Part shown: in pieces, positions 1-10,210 of the stretch
Position numbering within the stretch: position 1 is the stretch's first letter
Layout: each line of letters opens with the position of its first letter
Virus record (IMG/VR): IMGVR_UViG_3300021963_000036
DNA length: 64,000 bases
Origin: a virus
Lineage: Duplodnaviria; Heunggongvirae; Uroviricota; Caudoviricetes
Reading direction: 5' to 3' (one strand)
Made by a program: the position numbers and the translations under genes
The notes under the pieces: generated by a model
Databases searched by the model: none
What the model was told of the DNA's origin: nothing
What the model saw: the letters and a program-made list of their open reading frames with translations, nothing else

Positions 1-3000
1 TACCCTGTAGATGATGTTACATCGCCACTACCAGCTAACAAAATTAGAACAGAAAATATTCCAGCATACACTGCTGATAATGGTACCAAATATTATCTTA
101 GAGATGTTATAGATGTTAGACCGTATGCTGCAAACACTGCAGCATACGCTGCTACTGCTGCGGCTGCAACATTAAACCCAGTGAGTACTGAAACTTTCAG
201 TGCTGGAAAATTCGTAGCACCAAATGCGATTGTTGAAACAAATCTTGATTATTACTTAGGTCGTAATGATATAGTAATCATCGACAAGAACGGTGAATTT
301 GCTGTAATTGGCGGAACTGCTTCAGATCATCCTGCATACCCGCAAGAGCCAACAAAGGGTATGGTACTTGCACGTATGAACATTCCACCGTTTCCAAGTC
401 TTCCTTCTTCAAAAGCAAACGCGGTTGGGAAAAAAGATTATGGTATTGCTATTAGCTCTAATCAGACGAAGCGCTATACTATGGCTGAAATTGGAGGAAT
501 CGAAAAAAGACTTGGCAATCTAGAATATTACACATCATTGTCACTGCTTGAAACTTCAGCAAAAGACTTTATGGTTACAGATAGCACTGGTGCAAATCGT
601 TTCAAAAACGGTATCTTTGTTGATAACTTTGATAATCTAATTCTTGCCGACGTAAATGGTGGCGAGTTTGCTGCAGCTATCGATCCTTCAAACAAAGATA
701 TTCATCCTAAGTTTAGACAACACTCTCTTGGCTTGAAGGTTGCTTCTACGACAAACGTCACAAACTTTAATGATGTGGCAATCACATTGCCAAAGACAGA
801 TTACTATCTTGAGTCAACATCACAGCCGTATGCAAGTAACTATAAAAACTGCGTGACTAGCTTCTACAATTACGCTGGTAAGATGTCTATTACTCCTGGA
901 TATGATTCTGGTCCAGATACTGTAAAAGCTCCAGACGTAAATATCGACATTGACCTTGCGACTCCTTTCATTGAATTTACTGCAGCTCTTAGTGAAGTCA
1001 TTCCTCTTACTAAGACACAAAGCACAAGATTAAGTAATCGCGTAACCCAAATTACAACTACGACACTTGACACTGTTGCTGGTGATGCGGTTACGAATAA
1101 AATTGGTGATTTTGTTACTGATGTCAACTTCTCGCCGTTTATGAGAAGCATAAACGTTAGTGCACACATTGTTGGGTTAAGACCTTTTACTCGATTCTAT
1201 TTCTTCTTCGACGGTAAAAATGTTGATGCGCATGTAGCATCTGGCAGATACGACGCAACTATCACTGTGCCAAATAAGATTGTCAAAACTTCTAATTTTG
1301 GTGGACGTGTTATGACTTCCGACGCTGAAGGTACACTCAGCGCAGTATTCAGAATTCCTGCTGAAACGTTCTATGTTGGAGACAGAATTCTAGAAGTTCT
1401 AGATGTTCCTGATATCGCAAATAGAGATGCAGCGACTTCTAGTGCCAGTGCAACGTATAGTGGTTTTAACTTCTCGGCTTCAAAGACGACGCTATCAACC
1501 ATTACACGCCCACCATCTTTCTTGATTGATGTCGATGTTACTACAGTAACCAGAAGAAGAAGATCAGACCCAATTGCGCAAACATTTATCATTGACAAAG
1601 ATGCGTCGTCTGATACCGATGTATTTGTGTCTAGACTAGATTTGTACTTTGCTAAAAAGAGTAAAGTCGGTGCAGGTGTTGGTGTGCAAATTAGAGAAGT
1701 AGTTAATGGCTATCCTGCTGGTAATGAAATTCCATTCTCTTCAGTTTATCTAACTGCAGCGCAAGTGAATGCTCCAACAGCATCTGTTGCTAATAACACT
1801 ACAGCATATGGAGCAACAACTATTACGTTTACCGCGCCTGTAGCACTTAAGACTGATACTGAATATGCTATCGTTATTGCACCTGACGCAAATGATCCTG
1901 ATTATCTTGTATGGATCAGCCGCACAGGTGGCACTGATGTTGATAGTAATCTTGCTATTACTCAAGACACAAATTCTGGTGTTCTGTTTACATCAACCAA
2001 TAACAAGACCTGGACACCATACCAAAATGAAAATTTGAAGTTTAAACTTTATGCTTCAAGATTTACTGCTGCTACAGGTTCTGTCAAACTTACTAACAAA
2101 GACCACGAGTTCCTAAGTGTGCAGAATATTTCTGGTACATTCTTAGGTGGTGAATACGTATTCACCGATAAGACATCCGGCTTTGCTGCAGGTACGCTTT
2201 CACTTAATGAAGGTAATACAAGTGTTACTGGAAGCGGAACTTCATTCCTAAGTACTTACACAGCAGGCAAACACCTAGTTGTAAAGATCGGTGCAAGTGC
2301 GCCATATACTTATCAAGTGCTTAAGATTAGATCTGTGACTAATAATACTTCTATGGTTCTTCAAGACGTACCAACGGTAACTGAAATCGCAAATGCTACT
2401 CACTATCAGAGTGCTGTAGGTAACATGATCGAAGTAAATAATGGCGATCCTCAAATGATCATCCTAGAAGATTCTACAGCAGATGCATTAACTAAGTTTA
2501 CATCATCAACAACCGTAGTCGGAGAATCTTCTCTTGCTACTGCGCAGGTTACTGCTATATCGAACCTACCAATAAGTTACATTCAGCCAGCTATCTATCG
2601 TACGAACTTCACTAAGACAAGTACGACTCTGAGAGCAACAAAACTTTATAACGGGGTAGATGAAAGCGGCACGAAGAACCTAGCCTTTAATGACACAAAT
2701 TATCTTTACGAAAATACATACTATATTAAGAGCAAGTCTAACGATCCGGCTTCTTCTGGGTTCGAACTACAAGTTACTCTTAAAAACGAGTCTGCAACAA
2801 CTAGAGATACATCACCAGTAATCGACCATGAAATTTCATCAGTACTTCTTGCAGAATATCGAGTTAATGATATTGCGGCAAATGATATCACTGAGCGTGG
2901 AAGAGTTGGTGCGGCTACTTCTAAGTATGTATCAAAGATGGTACAACTTGCAGATGGTATGGATGCTACACATGCTAGAGTTCTTATTGGAGCTTATAAG

Positions 3001-3345
3001 CCAGTCGGAACAGAACTACGCGTGTACATGAAGTTCCAGTCGTTTACTGACAATAGAACGTTTAATGAAGTCGAATGGACTGAATTAACACTCAAGCCAG
3101 AAACAAACGTAAGATCTTCTACTGCGAACCGTTATGACTACCATGATTACGAGTATTATCTTGGTACTACAGCTAAGCTAGCAGGTGAAGGTGCTTGGGA
3201 CAATTCCGGTACAATCAATTATATCGATCCAAATGGTGCAGTCTATACAAACTACAAGTATTTTGCAGTAAAGATTGTAATGGAATCGGCTGGACACAAC
3301 GTTGTTCCAAGAGTAAAAGATCTAAGAGCACTCGCACTCACATGA
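1..3345 (+). CDS. Large virion structural protein, DUF4815-like (baseplate/tail-associated); 5'-truncated
   Basis: The frame is open from base 1 (YPVDDV...LRDVIDVRP) into the 181..3345 ORF. It has LEYYTSLSLLE, RFKNGIFVDNF, DPIAQTF and C-terminal FAVKIVM...PRVKDLRALAL, typical of T4-like DUF4815 proteins. Confidence 0.75.
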   Translation, partial: YPVDDVTSPLPANKIRTENIPAYTADNGTKYYLRDVIDVRPYAANTAAYAATAAAATLNPVSTETFSAGKFVAPNAIVETNLDYYLGRNDIVIIDKNGEFAVIGGTASDHPAYPQEPTKGMVLARMNIPPFPSLPSSKANAVGKKDYGIAISSNQTKRYTMAEIGGIEKRLGNLEYYTSLSLLETSAKDFMVTDSTGANRFKNGIFVDNFDNLILADVNGGEFAAAIDPSNKDIHPKFRQHSLGLKVASTTNVTNFNDVAITLPKTDYYLESTSQPYASNYKNCVTSFYNYAGKMSITPGYDSGPDTVKAPDVNIDIDLATPFIEFTAALSEVIPLTKTQSTRLSNRVTQITTTTLDTVAGDAVTNKIGDFVTDVNFSPFMRSINVSAHIVGLRPFTRFYFFFDGKNVDAHVASGRYDATITVPNKIVKTSNFGGRVMTSDAEGTLSAVFRIPAETFYVGDRILEVLDVPDIANRDAATSSASATYSGFNFSASKTTLSTITRPPSFLIDVDVTTVTRRRRSDPIAQTFIIDKDASSDTDVFVSRLDLYFAKKSKVGAGVGVQIREVVNGYPAGNEIPFSSVYLTAAQVNAPTASVANNTTAYGATTITFTAPVALKTDTEYAIVIAPDANDPDYLVWISRTGGTDVDSNLAITQDTNSGVLFTSTNNKTWTPYQNENLKFKLYASRFTAATGSVKLTNKDHEFLSVQNISGTFLGGEYVFTDKTSGFAAGTLSLNEGNTSVTGSGTSFLSTYTAGKHLVVKIGASAPYTYQVLKIRSVTNNTSMVLQDVPTVTEIANATHYQSAVGNMIEVNNGDPQMIILEDSTADALTKFTSSTTVVGESSLATAQVTAISNLPISYIQPAIYRTNFTKTSTTLRATKLYNGVDESGTKNLAFNDTNYLYENTYYIKSKSNDPASSGFELQVTLKNESATTRDTSPVIDHEISSVLLAEYRVNDIAANDITERGRVGAATSKYVSKMVQLADGMDATHARVLIGAYKPVGTELRVYMKFQSFTDNRTFNEVEWTELTLKPETNVRSSTANRYDYHDYEYYLGTTAKLAGEGAWDNSGTINYIDPNGAVYTNYKYFAVKIVMESAGHNVVPRVKDLRALALT

Positions 3346-3545
3346 TACAAACCGACGAAAAAGACTTCTCAAGAGATATAACAACTAGAGCCCTAATAAA
3401 TACTAATGTTAGGGCTCTACAAGATCATATCGCTAAAAAAGAACAAGCAAGAAGAATTGAAAAGCTTGAAAGTGATGTGAGTTCTATTATGAGCATTCTG
3501 TTTGAAATACAACACACGATTAAGAATTTAGGAACGGGTAAGTAA
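3342..3545 (+). CDS. Small conserved hypothetical protein (67 aa)
   Basis: The ATG at 3342 overlaps the upstream TGA (ATGA). Sequence MIQTDEKDFSRDITTRALINTN..., with a coiled-coil-like C-terminus. Confidence 0.7.
   Translation: MIQTDEKDFSRDITTRALINTNVRALQDHIAKKEQARRIEKLESDVSSIMSILFEIQHTIKNLGTGK
3395..3402 (+). promoter_or_regulatory. T4 late-promoter-like element (AATAAATA)
   Basis: One mismatch to TATAAATA, about 145 nt upstream of the tail fibre gene. Confidence 0.4.
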
Positions 3546-3547
3546 GA

Positions 3548-6418
3548 ATGGCAAAGGCATTAGTATATCTAGTCAATGGCGTTTTAAGTCCGAACGTCGA
3601 AGCTACCGACACGTTCGCAAGTTGGATTGACACAACCAACCAACTAGTATATGATATGGGTACGGTAGTACTTACTGCTACGGCTAATACTCAGCCTAAT
3701 GGTACGACATCGGCTGCCGGTTGGACAGCTGGTAACTCTCATCTTGAAGGGTTCTTCTCAGCAAATACTCTTGTGGCAGCTACGGCTCTGCGCGGTGGTA
3801 CAGTAAGCACTACCACAGATTTACTTATCACATCTAATACTATATTCAGTCAAGGATCACTCGTTCTAGTTGGTGCGAATACAAATAACTTCACCGTGAA
3901 TGCTAATAACTCATTGTTTACAAGCAACGTTGCTATTGCTAACACATCAAAAGTGTTTACAATTTCTGTTGCAAATACATCAATCAACGACGGCCCGTTA
4001 TACGTAAAGACTAATGCATGGTTCACCGGTGCTATTACAGATATTCTTGGTACAACTGCTAACGTTACGTCAAATACAGTATTCACTTCAAGTACGATGT
4101 TTGCAAACGTTGACCTAGTTACGATTGGTGCAAACGCATCTGATAGTTTAGTCGTAAATTCTGTAGTTGACATCAACTCAAATACAAACATCGACGGTAT
4201 TCTGACTGTAACCGCGAATGCAAACTTTAGCGGTACAAATACAACCTTTACTGCTATTGAAGCATCAGGTGAAATCCGACTCAAGGGTACGTCTACTCGT
4301 ACTATTAAGACACAGAGTACGAACTCAACAATGTCTTCGCTGAATATCAGTGTGGCAAATACATCTGCTACTGTAACTCCACTTATTGTATCTTCTACTG
4401 CTTTGCTGCCAGATACTACGACAACATACGATATAGGTTCTGCTTCCGCAACATGGAATAAGGCATGGTTCAAAGATCTCGATGTAGCGAACAGCGTAAA
4501 CATTCAGGTTGACGCCGAAGTCGATCGTGATATGGTTGTGCGTCGTGACTTATATGTTTATGGAAGTACAACTCTTTCTTCTAACGCAACTCTCTCGCTA
4601 AATACTTCTAGTATTACAGATCTAAATGTATTGAGTACATTATCCTTTATTGGTGGTGCTGGGTTCGATACAAACGCATTACCTACAGCTAACGTGACAT
4701 ATTCGCTCGGTTCAAGCACTATGCGTTGGAATCAATTGTTCGCGAATAATGTAACGGCAAATACCGCTACACTTACAGTGTTGACGACTGGTTCGGTTGG
4801 TTCTGATTTAATTCCATCTGCTAACGTAACATATTCTATCGGTGCTACTGCTACTCGTTGGAATCAGGTATTTGCTAATAACGTAACTTCAAATACTGTT
4901 AACGCCACAACAGTGACTGCAGCGCTTGTAGGTAATGCTTCGACAGCTACTACTTTACAGACGGCTCGAACCATTAACGGTGTTTCATTCAACGGTTCGG
5001 CAAATATTACAGTAACAGCGAATACAAACAATACTCTTACGCGTGGGTCTTATCTTACAGGATCAAACTTTGATGGCTCTGCTGCTACAACTTGGGCGGT
5101 CGATGCTACAACTACTGCAACTGCAAGTAAGGTTGTAGCAAGAGATACTCTTGGTAACTTTGCAGCAAATACTATCAGCGCAGATCTTGCAGGAAATGCA
5201 ACTACGGCAACAACTCTACAAACTATACGAACCATTAACGGTATAAGTTTTGATGGTTCTGCTAATATCATTGTTACAGCGAATACTAATACTACATTAA
5301 CACGTGGAACGTATCTCACTGGTTCTAACTTTAATGGATCTACTGCTACTACATGGGCAGTTGACGCTACAACTACTGCAACAGCGTCAAAGGTAGTTGC
5401 AAGAGATACTCTTGGTAACTTCTCTTCTAATACCATCACTGCAGATCTTGTAGGTAACGCAACTACAGCAACAACCTTTGAAACGGCTAGAACCATTAAT
5501 GGCGTATCGTTCAACGGTTCTGCTAATATCACGGTTACTGCAAACACTAACGCAGTGTTGACAAATGGTTCTTATCTAACTGGTTCTAACTTCAATGGCA
5601 GCACTGCTACAACTTGGGCAGTCGACGCAACATCTACTGCTGCTCTAAGTAACATCGTAGCCAGAGATGCATCAGGAAACTTTGCTGCGAATACGATTAC
5701 TGCGGCATTATTCGCTGGAGTCGGTTCGTCTATAACAAACATTAATGGCACTAACGTTACTTCTGGTACAATTGCAGATGCTAGAATTGCAACCACTCTA
5801 GTTCGCACATCAACGGCTATTACCGCCGGTGACGGTATTGATGGTGGTGGAGATTTAAGTGCGAGTAGAACAGTGGCTGTCGATGCTACGGTTGTACGTA
5901 CAACTGGCGCGCAAAGTATTGCTGGAGGTAAATCTTTTACTTCTAACATTACTACAAACACCGTGACGCCAAATGCTAACGTAACATATAACGTTGGTTC
6001 ATCTAATATGCGATATAACGCTATGTGGGCGACTACATTTAATGGTATCGCTACAACCGCACAGTACGCTGACCTTGCAGAAAAGTATCTAGCAGATGCA
6101 GAGTATTCAGTTGGAACAGTTATTGCAGTAGGTGGTACTGCTGAAGTGACTGCAGCTAGTGTTGATAATGCTCACTCAGTCCTCGGTGTTGTATCCGACA
6201 AGCCAGCATATCTCATGAACAGCGATCTCGAAGGTGGTACTACAGTTGCTCTTAAGGGTCGAGTTCCTGTAAAAGTTGTATACGAAATTAAAAAGGGTGA
6301 CAGACTTGCGCCTTCACCAGTGTCTGGTTATGCATGGGCGGACAACACAAAGGGTGCATGGGCATTCGCAATCTCGCTTGAAGATGGAACTGATATTGTA
6401 GAGGCTGTTATCCTCTAA
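3548..6418 (+). CDS. Tail fibre protein 1 with C-terminal intramolecular-chaperone-like domain
   Basis: T/A/N/S-rich, with three 87-aa repeats. C-terminal YADLAEKY...VALKGRVPVKV domain (peptidase G2/IMC-like). Confidence 0.8.
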   Translation: MAKALVYLVNGVLSPNVEATDTFASWIDTTNQLVYDMGTVVLTATANTQPNGTTSAAGWTAGNSHLEGFFSANTLVAATALRGGTVSTTTDLLITSNTIFSQGSLVLVGANTNNFTVNANNSLFTSNVAIANTSKVFTISVANTSINDGPLYVKTNAWFTGAITDILGTTANVTSNTVFTSSTMFANVDLVTIGANASDSLVVNSVVDINSNTNIDGILTVTANANFSGTNTTFTAIEASGEIRLKGTSTRTIKTQSTNSTMSSLNISVANTSATVTPLIVSSTALLPDTTTTYDIGSASATWNKAWFKDLDVANSVNIQVDAEVDRDMVVRRDLYVYGSTTLSSNATLSLNTSSITDLNVLSTLSFIGGAGFDTNALPTANVTYSLGSSTMRWNQLFANNVTANTATLTVLTTGSVGSDLIPSANVTYSIGATATRWNQVFANNVTSNTVNATTVTAALVGNASTATTLQTARTINGVSFNGSANITVTANTNNTLTRGSYLTGSNFDGSAATTWAVDATTTATASKVVARDTLGNFAANTISADLAGNATTATTLQTIRTINGISFDGSANIIVTANTNTTLTRGTYLTGSNFNGSTATTWAVDATTTATASKVVARDTLGNFSSNTITADLVGNATTATTFETARTINGVSFNGSANITVTANTNAVLTNGSYLTGSNFNGSTATTWAVDATSTAALSNIVARDASGNFAANTITAALFAGVGSSITNINGTNVTSGTIADARIATTLVRTSTAITAGDGIDGGGDLSASRTVAVDATVVRTTGAQSIAGGKSFTSNITTNTVTPNANVTYNVGSSNMRYNAMWATTFNGIATTAQYADLAEKYLADAEYSVGTVIAVGGTAEVTAASVDNAHSVLGVVSDKPAYLMNSDLEGGTTVALKGRVPVKVVYEIKKGDRLAPSPVSGYAWADNTKGAWAFAISLEDGTDIVEAVIL
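4931..5713 (+). repeat. 3 x 261-nt (87-aa) coding tandem repeat in fibre 1
   Basis: GNA(S/T)TATT...RTING units start at 4931, 5192 and 5453. Confidence 0.85.
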
Positions 6419-6426
6419 AGGGCATC

Positions 6427-8445
6427 ATGAATATTGTTTATGTAAACTACACAGTGAGAGACAGTGTATTTGATTATGCATGGCTCTCATTTAAAAGTTA
6501 TGTTGAAGATCATTACAAAGGCTCAGTGAATTGGAATTGGCACTATCCAATTAACGATTCACGAGCTAGTAACCCAGAAGAACTCGCACAGAGAATATTG
6601 CACCTTGACCCGAAGGTTGTGATGTTCTCTGCGTACGTTTGGAATGTTGGTCTATCAAGAGAAGTTGCTCGAATCGTTAAATCGCTTCGTTCAGACCTGC
6701 ATATTGTATTTGGTGGCCCTTATTGTGAATACAAAGAAGATCCCGAATATTTCACAAAGCATCCCTACATCGACTTTACTTGCCAGACCGACGGATATGG
6801 CGAACCGTTCATGAACGAGTTCCTGTACCAAGTCGAAACGGATCTAGATTGGGATAAAGTTCCTTTCATGGTCCGTGAAAATGGTTATTCAAAAGCGGTT
6901 TTTAATAAGCGAGACTTTGAATGGCCAAAAAGAATATTCAAACGTAACGCTGACTATCTCCAAAAAGTCAAGGACGAACGTGTCGGATCAATCACGCTTA
7001 TGACTATTTACGAGACACAACGTGGGTGTCCATATGGTTGTACGTTCTGCGAATGGAGCGGTGGCATCAACTCAAAGGTAACTTTTAAGCCGAGTGAAAG
7101 TGTGATTGAAGACTTCACTTGGTTAGCACAGAATGGTTTCCTTGAAGACCTACATATGGTAGAAGCAAACCTTGGTCAACTCGATAGGGACGTTATGCTC
7201 GTTGAAGAGCTGTGCAAGATCAAGAAAGAATACGGTGTGCCTCGTGACGTTATCCTCGCAGGACTGAGCAAGTCAAAGAAACCGAATGTCTATAAGATCG
7301 ACCGACTCTTAGCAGCTTCTGGATTGTCAAACGGATTCAAGATCTCTATGCAGGACATGGATCCACAGGTTCTGAAAAACATCGAACGCGTTGATGAGCC
7401 TTGGGAGAAGCAGTTCAAAGTCTACAACGAACTTCGCGATGAGTTTGGAATCAAACTTCGTGCTGAGATGATTCGCGGACTTCCGGGTACTACACTCGAA
7501 AGCTTCTATAAGCAAGCGGGAGAAATGGCAAAGCACGGAGTGTTCTGGGATAAATACACATGGCATCTGCTCCCAACATCTCCGGCATCAAACCCTGAGT
7601 ATATGAAGAAATTCAGTATCGAAGCAATTGACCTGCTAACGGACTCTATGAAGGGTTCTGCATTCAAAGCTAAGATGATCGATGAGGACGAGTTTACACA
7701 GATCGGCGGACTCGTAAACGATCAAAGGTTTATTCAACCATCGAAGATCGTAGTTGCTACTATGTCATACTCACGAGAAGACTATGCTGAGATGGTAGTC
7801 TCTGATGGAATCATATTTGCTATGGAGACCGAAGGCTATCTATCTCGGATAACCTCATATCTTGACTCCATCGGAATATCACATGCTACATTCTATAAGA
7901 GATTCTATGATACTTTCATTGACCAGAAGTATTTAAATCCTATCCAATTTAATGTGCTTAAAGCAATTATACACCAAGCACTGGATAAAGTAAAGGAAAA
8001 AAGCACAGCTCCGTTCGAATACTACAAGCTCGAAGGCCTACCTTGGAACATCTACGCGAAGATCCCTACTCTCGTCAATATCGCCATCAATGTTAACCGT
8101 GTAGAATTTTATGCTTCCCTTCTTCGATGGATTGTTGACGAATTCGGCAGCGATGAGAAGCTAGATGATCTAATCAACTGGTCAGCGAATTCAGTGAAGT
8201 GGATAGACTATGATCCGACAAAACCTAGAACATTCTTGACTGAGTATGATTGGACTTCAGACGATTTGATCAAAGGTACTTATTTGAATATTCCGTCAGA
8301 CACCGTCTATTCGAACGAGAATATGGATATTGATTGGCATACATTGTCAATGGAAGAAAGAGTGAAACGGTATTTTATTCGGCTATGTGCTTTGCATGGT
8401 AGCAATAAGATGTTTGAACACGTGAGGGTTACTCATGTTGAATAA
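6427..8445 (+). CDS. B12-binding radical SAM protein
   Basis: N-terminal cobalamin-binding-like region (VVMFSAYVWN...IVFGGP) and RGCPYGCTFCEW (CxxxCxxC). Confidence 0.8.
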   Translation: MNIVYVNYTVRDSVFDYAWLSFKSYVEDHYKGSVNWNWHYPINDSRASNPEELAQRILHLDPKVVMFSAYVWNVGLSREVARIVKSLRSDLHIVFGGPYCEYKEDPEYFTKHPYIDFTCQTDGYGEPFMNEFLYQVETDLDWDKVPFMVRENGYSKAVFNKRDFEWPKRIFKRNADYLQKVKDERVGSITLMTIYETQRGCPYGCTFCEWSGGINSKVTFKPSESVIEDFTWLAQNGFLEDLHMVEANLGQLDRDVMLVEELCKIKKEYGVPRDVILAGLSKSKKPNVYKIDRLLAASGLSNGFKISMQDMDPQVLKNIERVDEPWEKQFKVYNELRDEFGIKLRAEMIRGLPGTTLESFYKQAGEMAKHGVFWDKYTWHLLPTSPASNPEYMKKFSIEAIDLLTDSMKGSAFKAKMIDEDEFTQIGGLVNDQRFIQPSKIVVATMSYSREDYAEMVVSDGIIFAMETEGYLSRITSYLDSIGISHATFYKRFYDTFIDQKYLNPIQFNVLKAIIHQALDKVKEKSTAPFEYYKLEGLPWNIYAKIPTLVNIAINVNRVEFYASLLRWIVDEFGSDEKLDDLINWSANSVKWIDYDPTKPRTFLTEYDWTSDDLIKGTYLNIPSDTVYSNENMDIDWHTLSMEERVKRYFIRLCALHGSNKMFEHVRVTHVE

Positions 8446-9004
8446 GATAGTACTCGCAATGAACATTGAGGTAGACGAAGTCTATAAGATTCGAAATCAA
8501 ACTAACCGCGGTGTGAATGCTGAGTTTATAGAATTTTGTATTGAAGATTCCTATGTAAGAGAGCGTGCACTGAAGAATCTAATTGCGAATAAGATGAGTC
8601 CCGACATTATTGCTGCGTTCAAGAAGTTAGACTTACAGACAGTGTTTAGTTCGGTTCCAGATGAACAGTTGGTTGACTTCTTTGAGAAAATGTGTTATAA
8701 ATTAAATGATATGATCTATACGAAATTTGAGGCCAATACCTATAAGCATCATGATCTGAGTGGAACTATTGTGCTACCAGTAGTATATTCTGGCAATAGG
8801 CCATTTACCGATCACAAATACATAGGTTGGATAACTCCGTATAGCATCGACCATTTGTTAGAACATGAGAAGACCACTGAAGACGTTGCTTCAAAAGTAC
8901 AACTCAGATATGCTGAAATGATGAGAAAACATAAGGATGAGTTCGATGTATTTTTTGATGGATCTTCTATAGAAGAAGTATTGGAGTATATCAACAATGA
9001 TTAA
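8435..9004 (+). CDS. Hypothetical protein
   Basis: 189-aa ORF overlapping both neighbours. Confidence 0.6.
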   Translation: MLNKIVLAMNIEVDEVYKIRNQTNRGVNAEFIEFCIEDSYVRERALKNLIANKMSPDIIAAFKKLDLQTVFSSVPDEQLVDFFEKMCYKLNDMIYTKFEANTYKHHDLSGTIVLPVVYSGNRPFTDHKYIGWITPYSIDHLLEHEKTTEDVASKVQLRYAEMMRKHKDEFDVFFDGSSIEEVLEYINND

Positions 9005-10010
9005 CTGGGCATTCACATGGTCTTCGCGCCGAGCACCTGCATGGGAAAATTGTAATGACGCAATGAACCTTGCTCTTGGGCAAGAATGGATCTTCGGTGA
9101 CTACTATCTTCCGGTAAATTCGGGCCGTACTGGTTCACCATTAGTTGACTTTGTGAATGACGAACGTATTGCTCAGCTAAAAGCGCCTATAATTGAACAG
9201 TTTGAATCAGAGTCATTCAAATATGTTATAGAAGATAACAGATCTGGGCAAAACTTTGATGTGGGTGCAAGAAAAGGCCAGTTGATTCTAAAAGAGCATA
9301 TGACCTTGAGTATTTCTCTTACTGAAGAAAATAGTAGAGTAATCGATTTAGATGAGGTGTATTCTTACTTACAAGAATACGATTGGGTAGCACTTGGTAC
9401 ACCTATGAATAACATCGAAATCAGTAAAAAAACTCTGATGGCAAAATCTTTCTTTTACAGTCGTGATAAGTCTTTTAACATAGTGAATCTATCTGGAGAA
9501 AATCAACCTGATAACCTAGTCAAGTCTATCCCAACGGTTACGTATTGTGTATTTAAGAAGACACGAAATGGCGAACTGATTAGCTGCATCGTTAATCCGC
9601 ATTTAGTAGCAGTTCCTCATATGGATCTAAAGATCTATGGAGATAAGCATGCTGTCTTCGCTCTCGATTCATTTGACTCCACAGTTGAAGATTACTTTTT
9701 GAGACCAGTCATATCTGGAAGTGATACAAACGTACTTAATGGAAATGTTATCTTTACAAACGTACAATTCGAACTGCGTGAATACGAAGCTGGTCTGTAT
9801 TTTACGCGCCACAAATCGTATATACCATTTCCAAGAACGATTAAGACTAATCTTGGAATAACGACAGTTGGTAATGTTATTCAAGTAAATCCAACTCGAC
9901 ATTATGGATATATCTCTATAGAGTATGACGTTGACTCTATGATAAATAGCTATGGCCAAGTATCTAAAATTGGCAAACATAAAATCGAATATACCGTAAT
10001 TAGAGGATAA
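8997..10010 (+). CDS. Hypothetical protein
   Basis: 337-aa ORF coupled to its neighbours. Confidence 0.6.
   Translation: MINWAFTWSSRRAPAWENCNDAMNLALGQEWIFGDYYLPVNSGRTGSPLVDFVNDERIAQLKAPIIEQFESESFKYVIEDNRSGQNFDVGARKGQLILKEHMTLSISLTEENSRVIDLDEVYSYLQEYDWVALGTPMNNIEISKKTLMAKSFFYSRDKSFNIVNLSGENQPDNLVKSIPTVTYCVFKKTRNGELISCIVNPHLVAVPHMDLKIYGDKHAVFALDSFDSTVEDYFLRPVISGSDTNVLNGNVIFTNVQFELREYEAGLYFTRHKSYIPFPRTIKTNLGITTVGNVIQVNPTRHYGYISIEYDVDSMINSYGQVSKIGKHKIEYTVIRG
9941..9948 (+). promoter_or_regulatory. Late-promoter-like element (GATAAATA)
   Basis: One mismatch to TATAAATA, about 70 nt upstream of the 10016 ORF. Confidence 0.35.
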
Positions 10011-10015
10011 CCATT

Positions 10016-10210
10016 ATGGTTGCTGACGTAACAAGCACATTTACAGCTAGTCCTACAGTCACCCCAGCAAAAGCAACTGGCTCAACTATTGATGCTGCTT
10101 CTTTTCGAGAGATGGTGAATACGCTCGACGCATTGATTCAGCATAGTCATACCTTTACCGATGACTATACATCTAACTGTCAGTGTAACTGCCAGAGAGG
10201 CAGCATCTAA
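10016..10210 (+). CDS. Small protein with HxH motif and Cys-rich tail; putative radical SAM substrate
   Basis: 64 aa ending HSHTFTDDYTSNCQCNCQRGSI, directly abutting a SPASM radical SAM gene. Confidence 0.65.
   Translation: MVADVTSTFTASPTVTPAKATGSTIDAASFREMVNTLDALIQHSHTFTDDYTSNCQCNCQRGSI

Noticed and set aside
4931-5713. Tandem repeats as a CRISPR array or DGR template/variable repeat
   Set aside because: The repeats are in-frame coding units without unique spacers; no reverse transcriptase or adenine-specific mismatch pattern was seen.
3850-5961. Long minus-strand ORFs (V/A-rich) opposite fibre 1, and similar ones opposite fibres 2 and 3
   Set aside because: Antisense shadows of Thr/Ala/Asn-rich repetitive coding sequence; no RBS or motifs, and all real genes are on the + strand.
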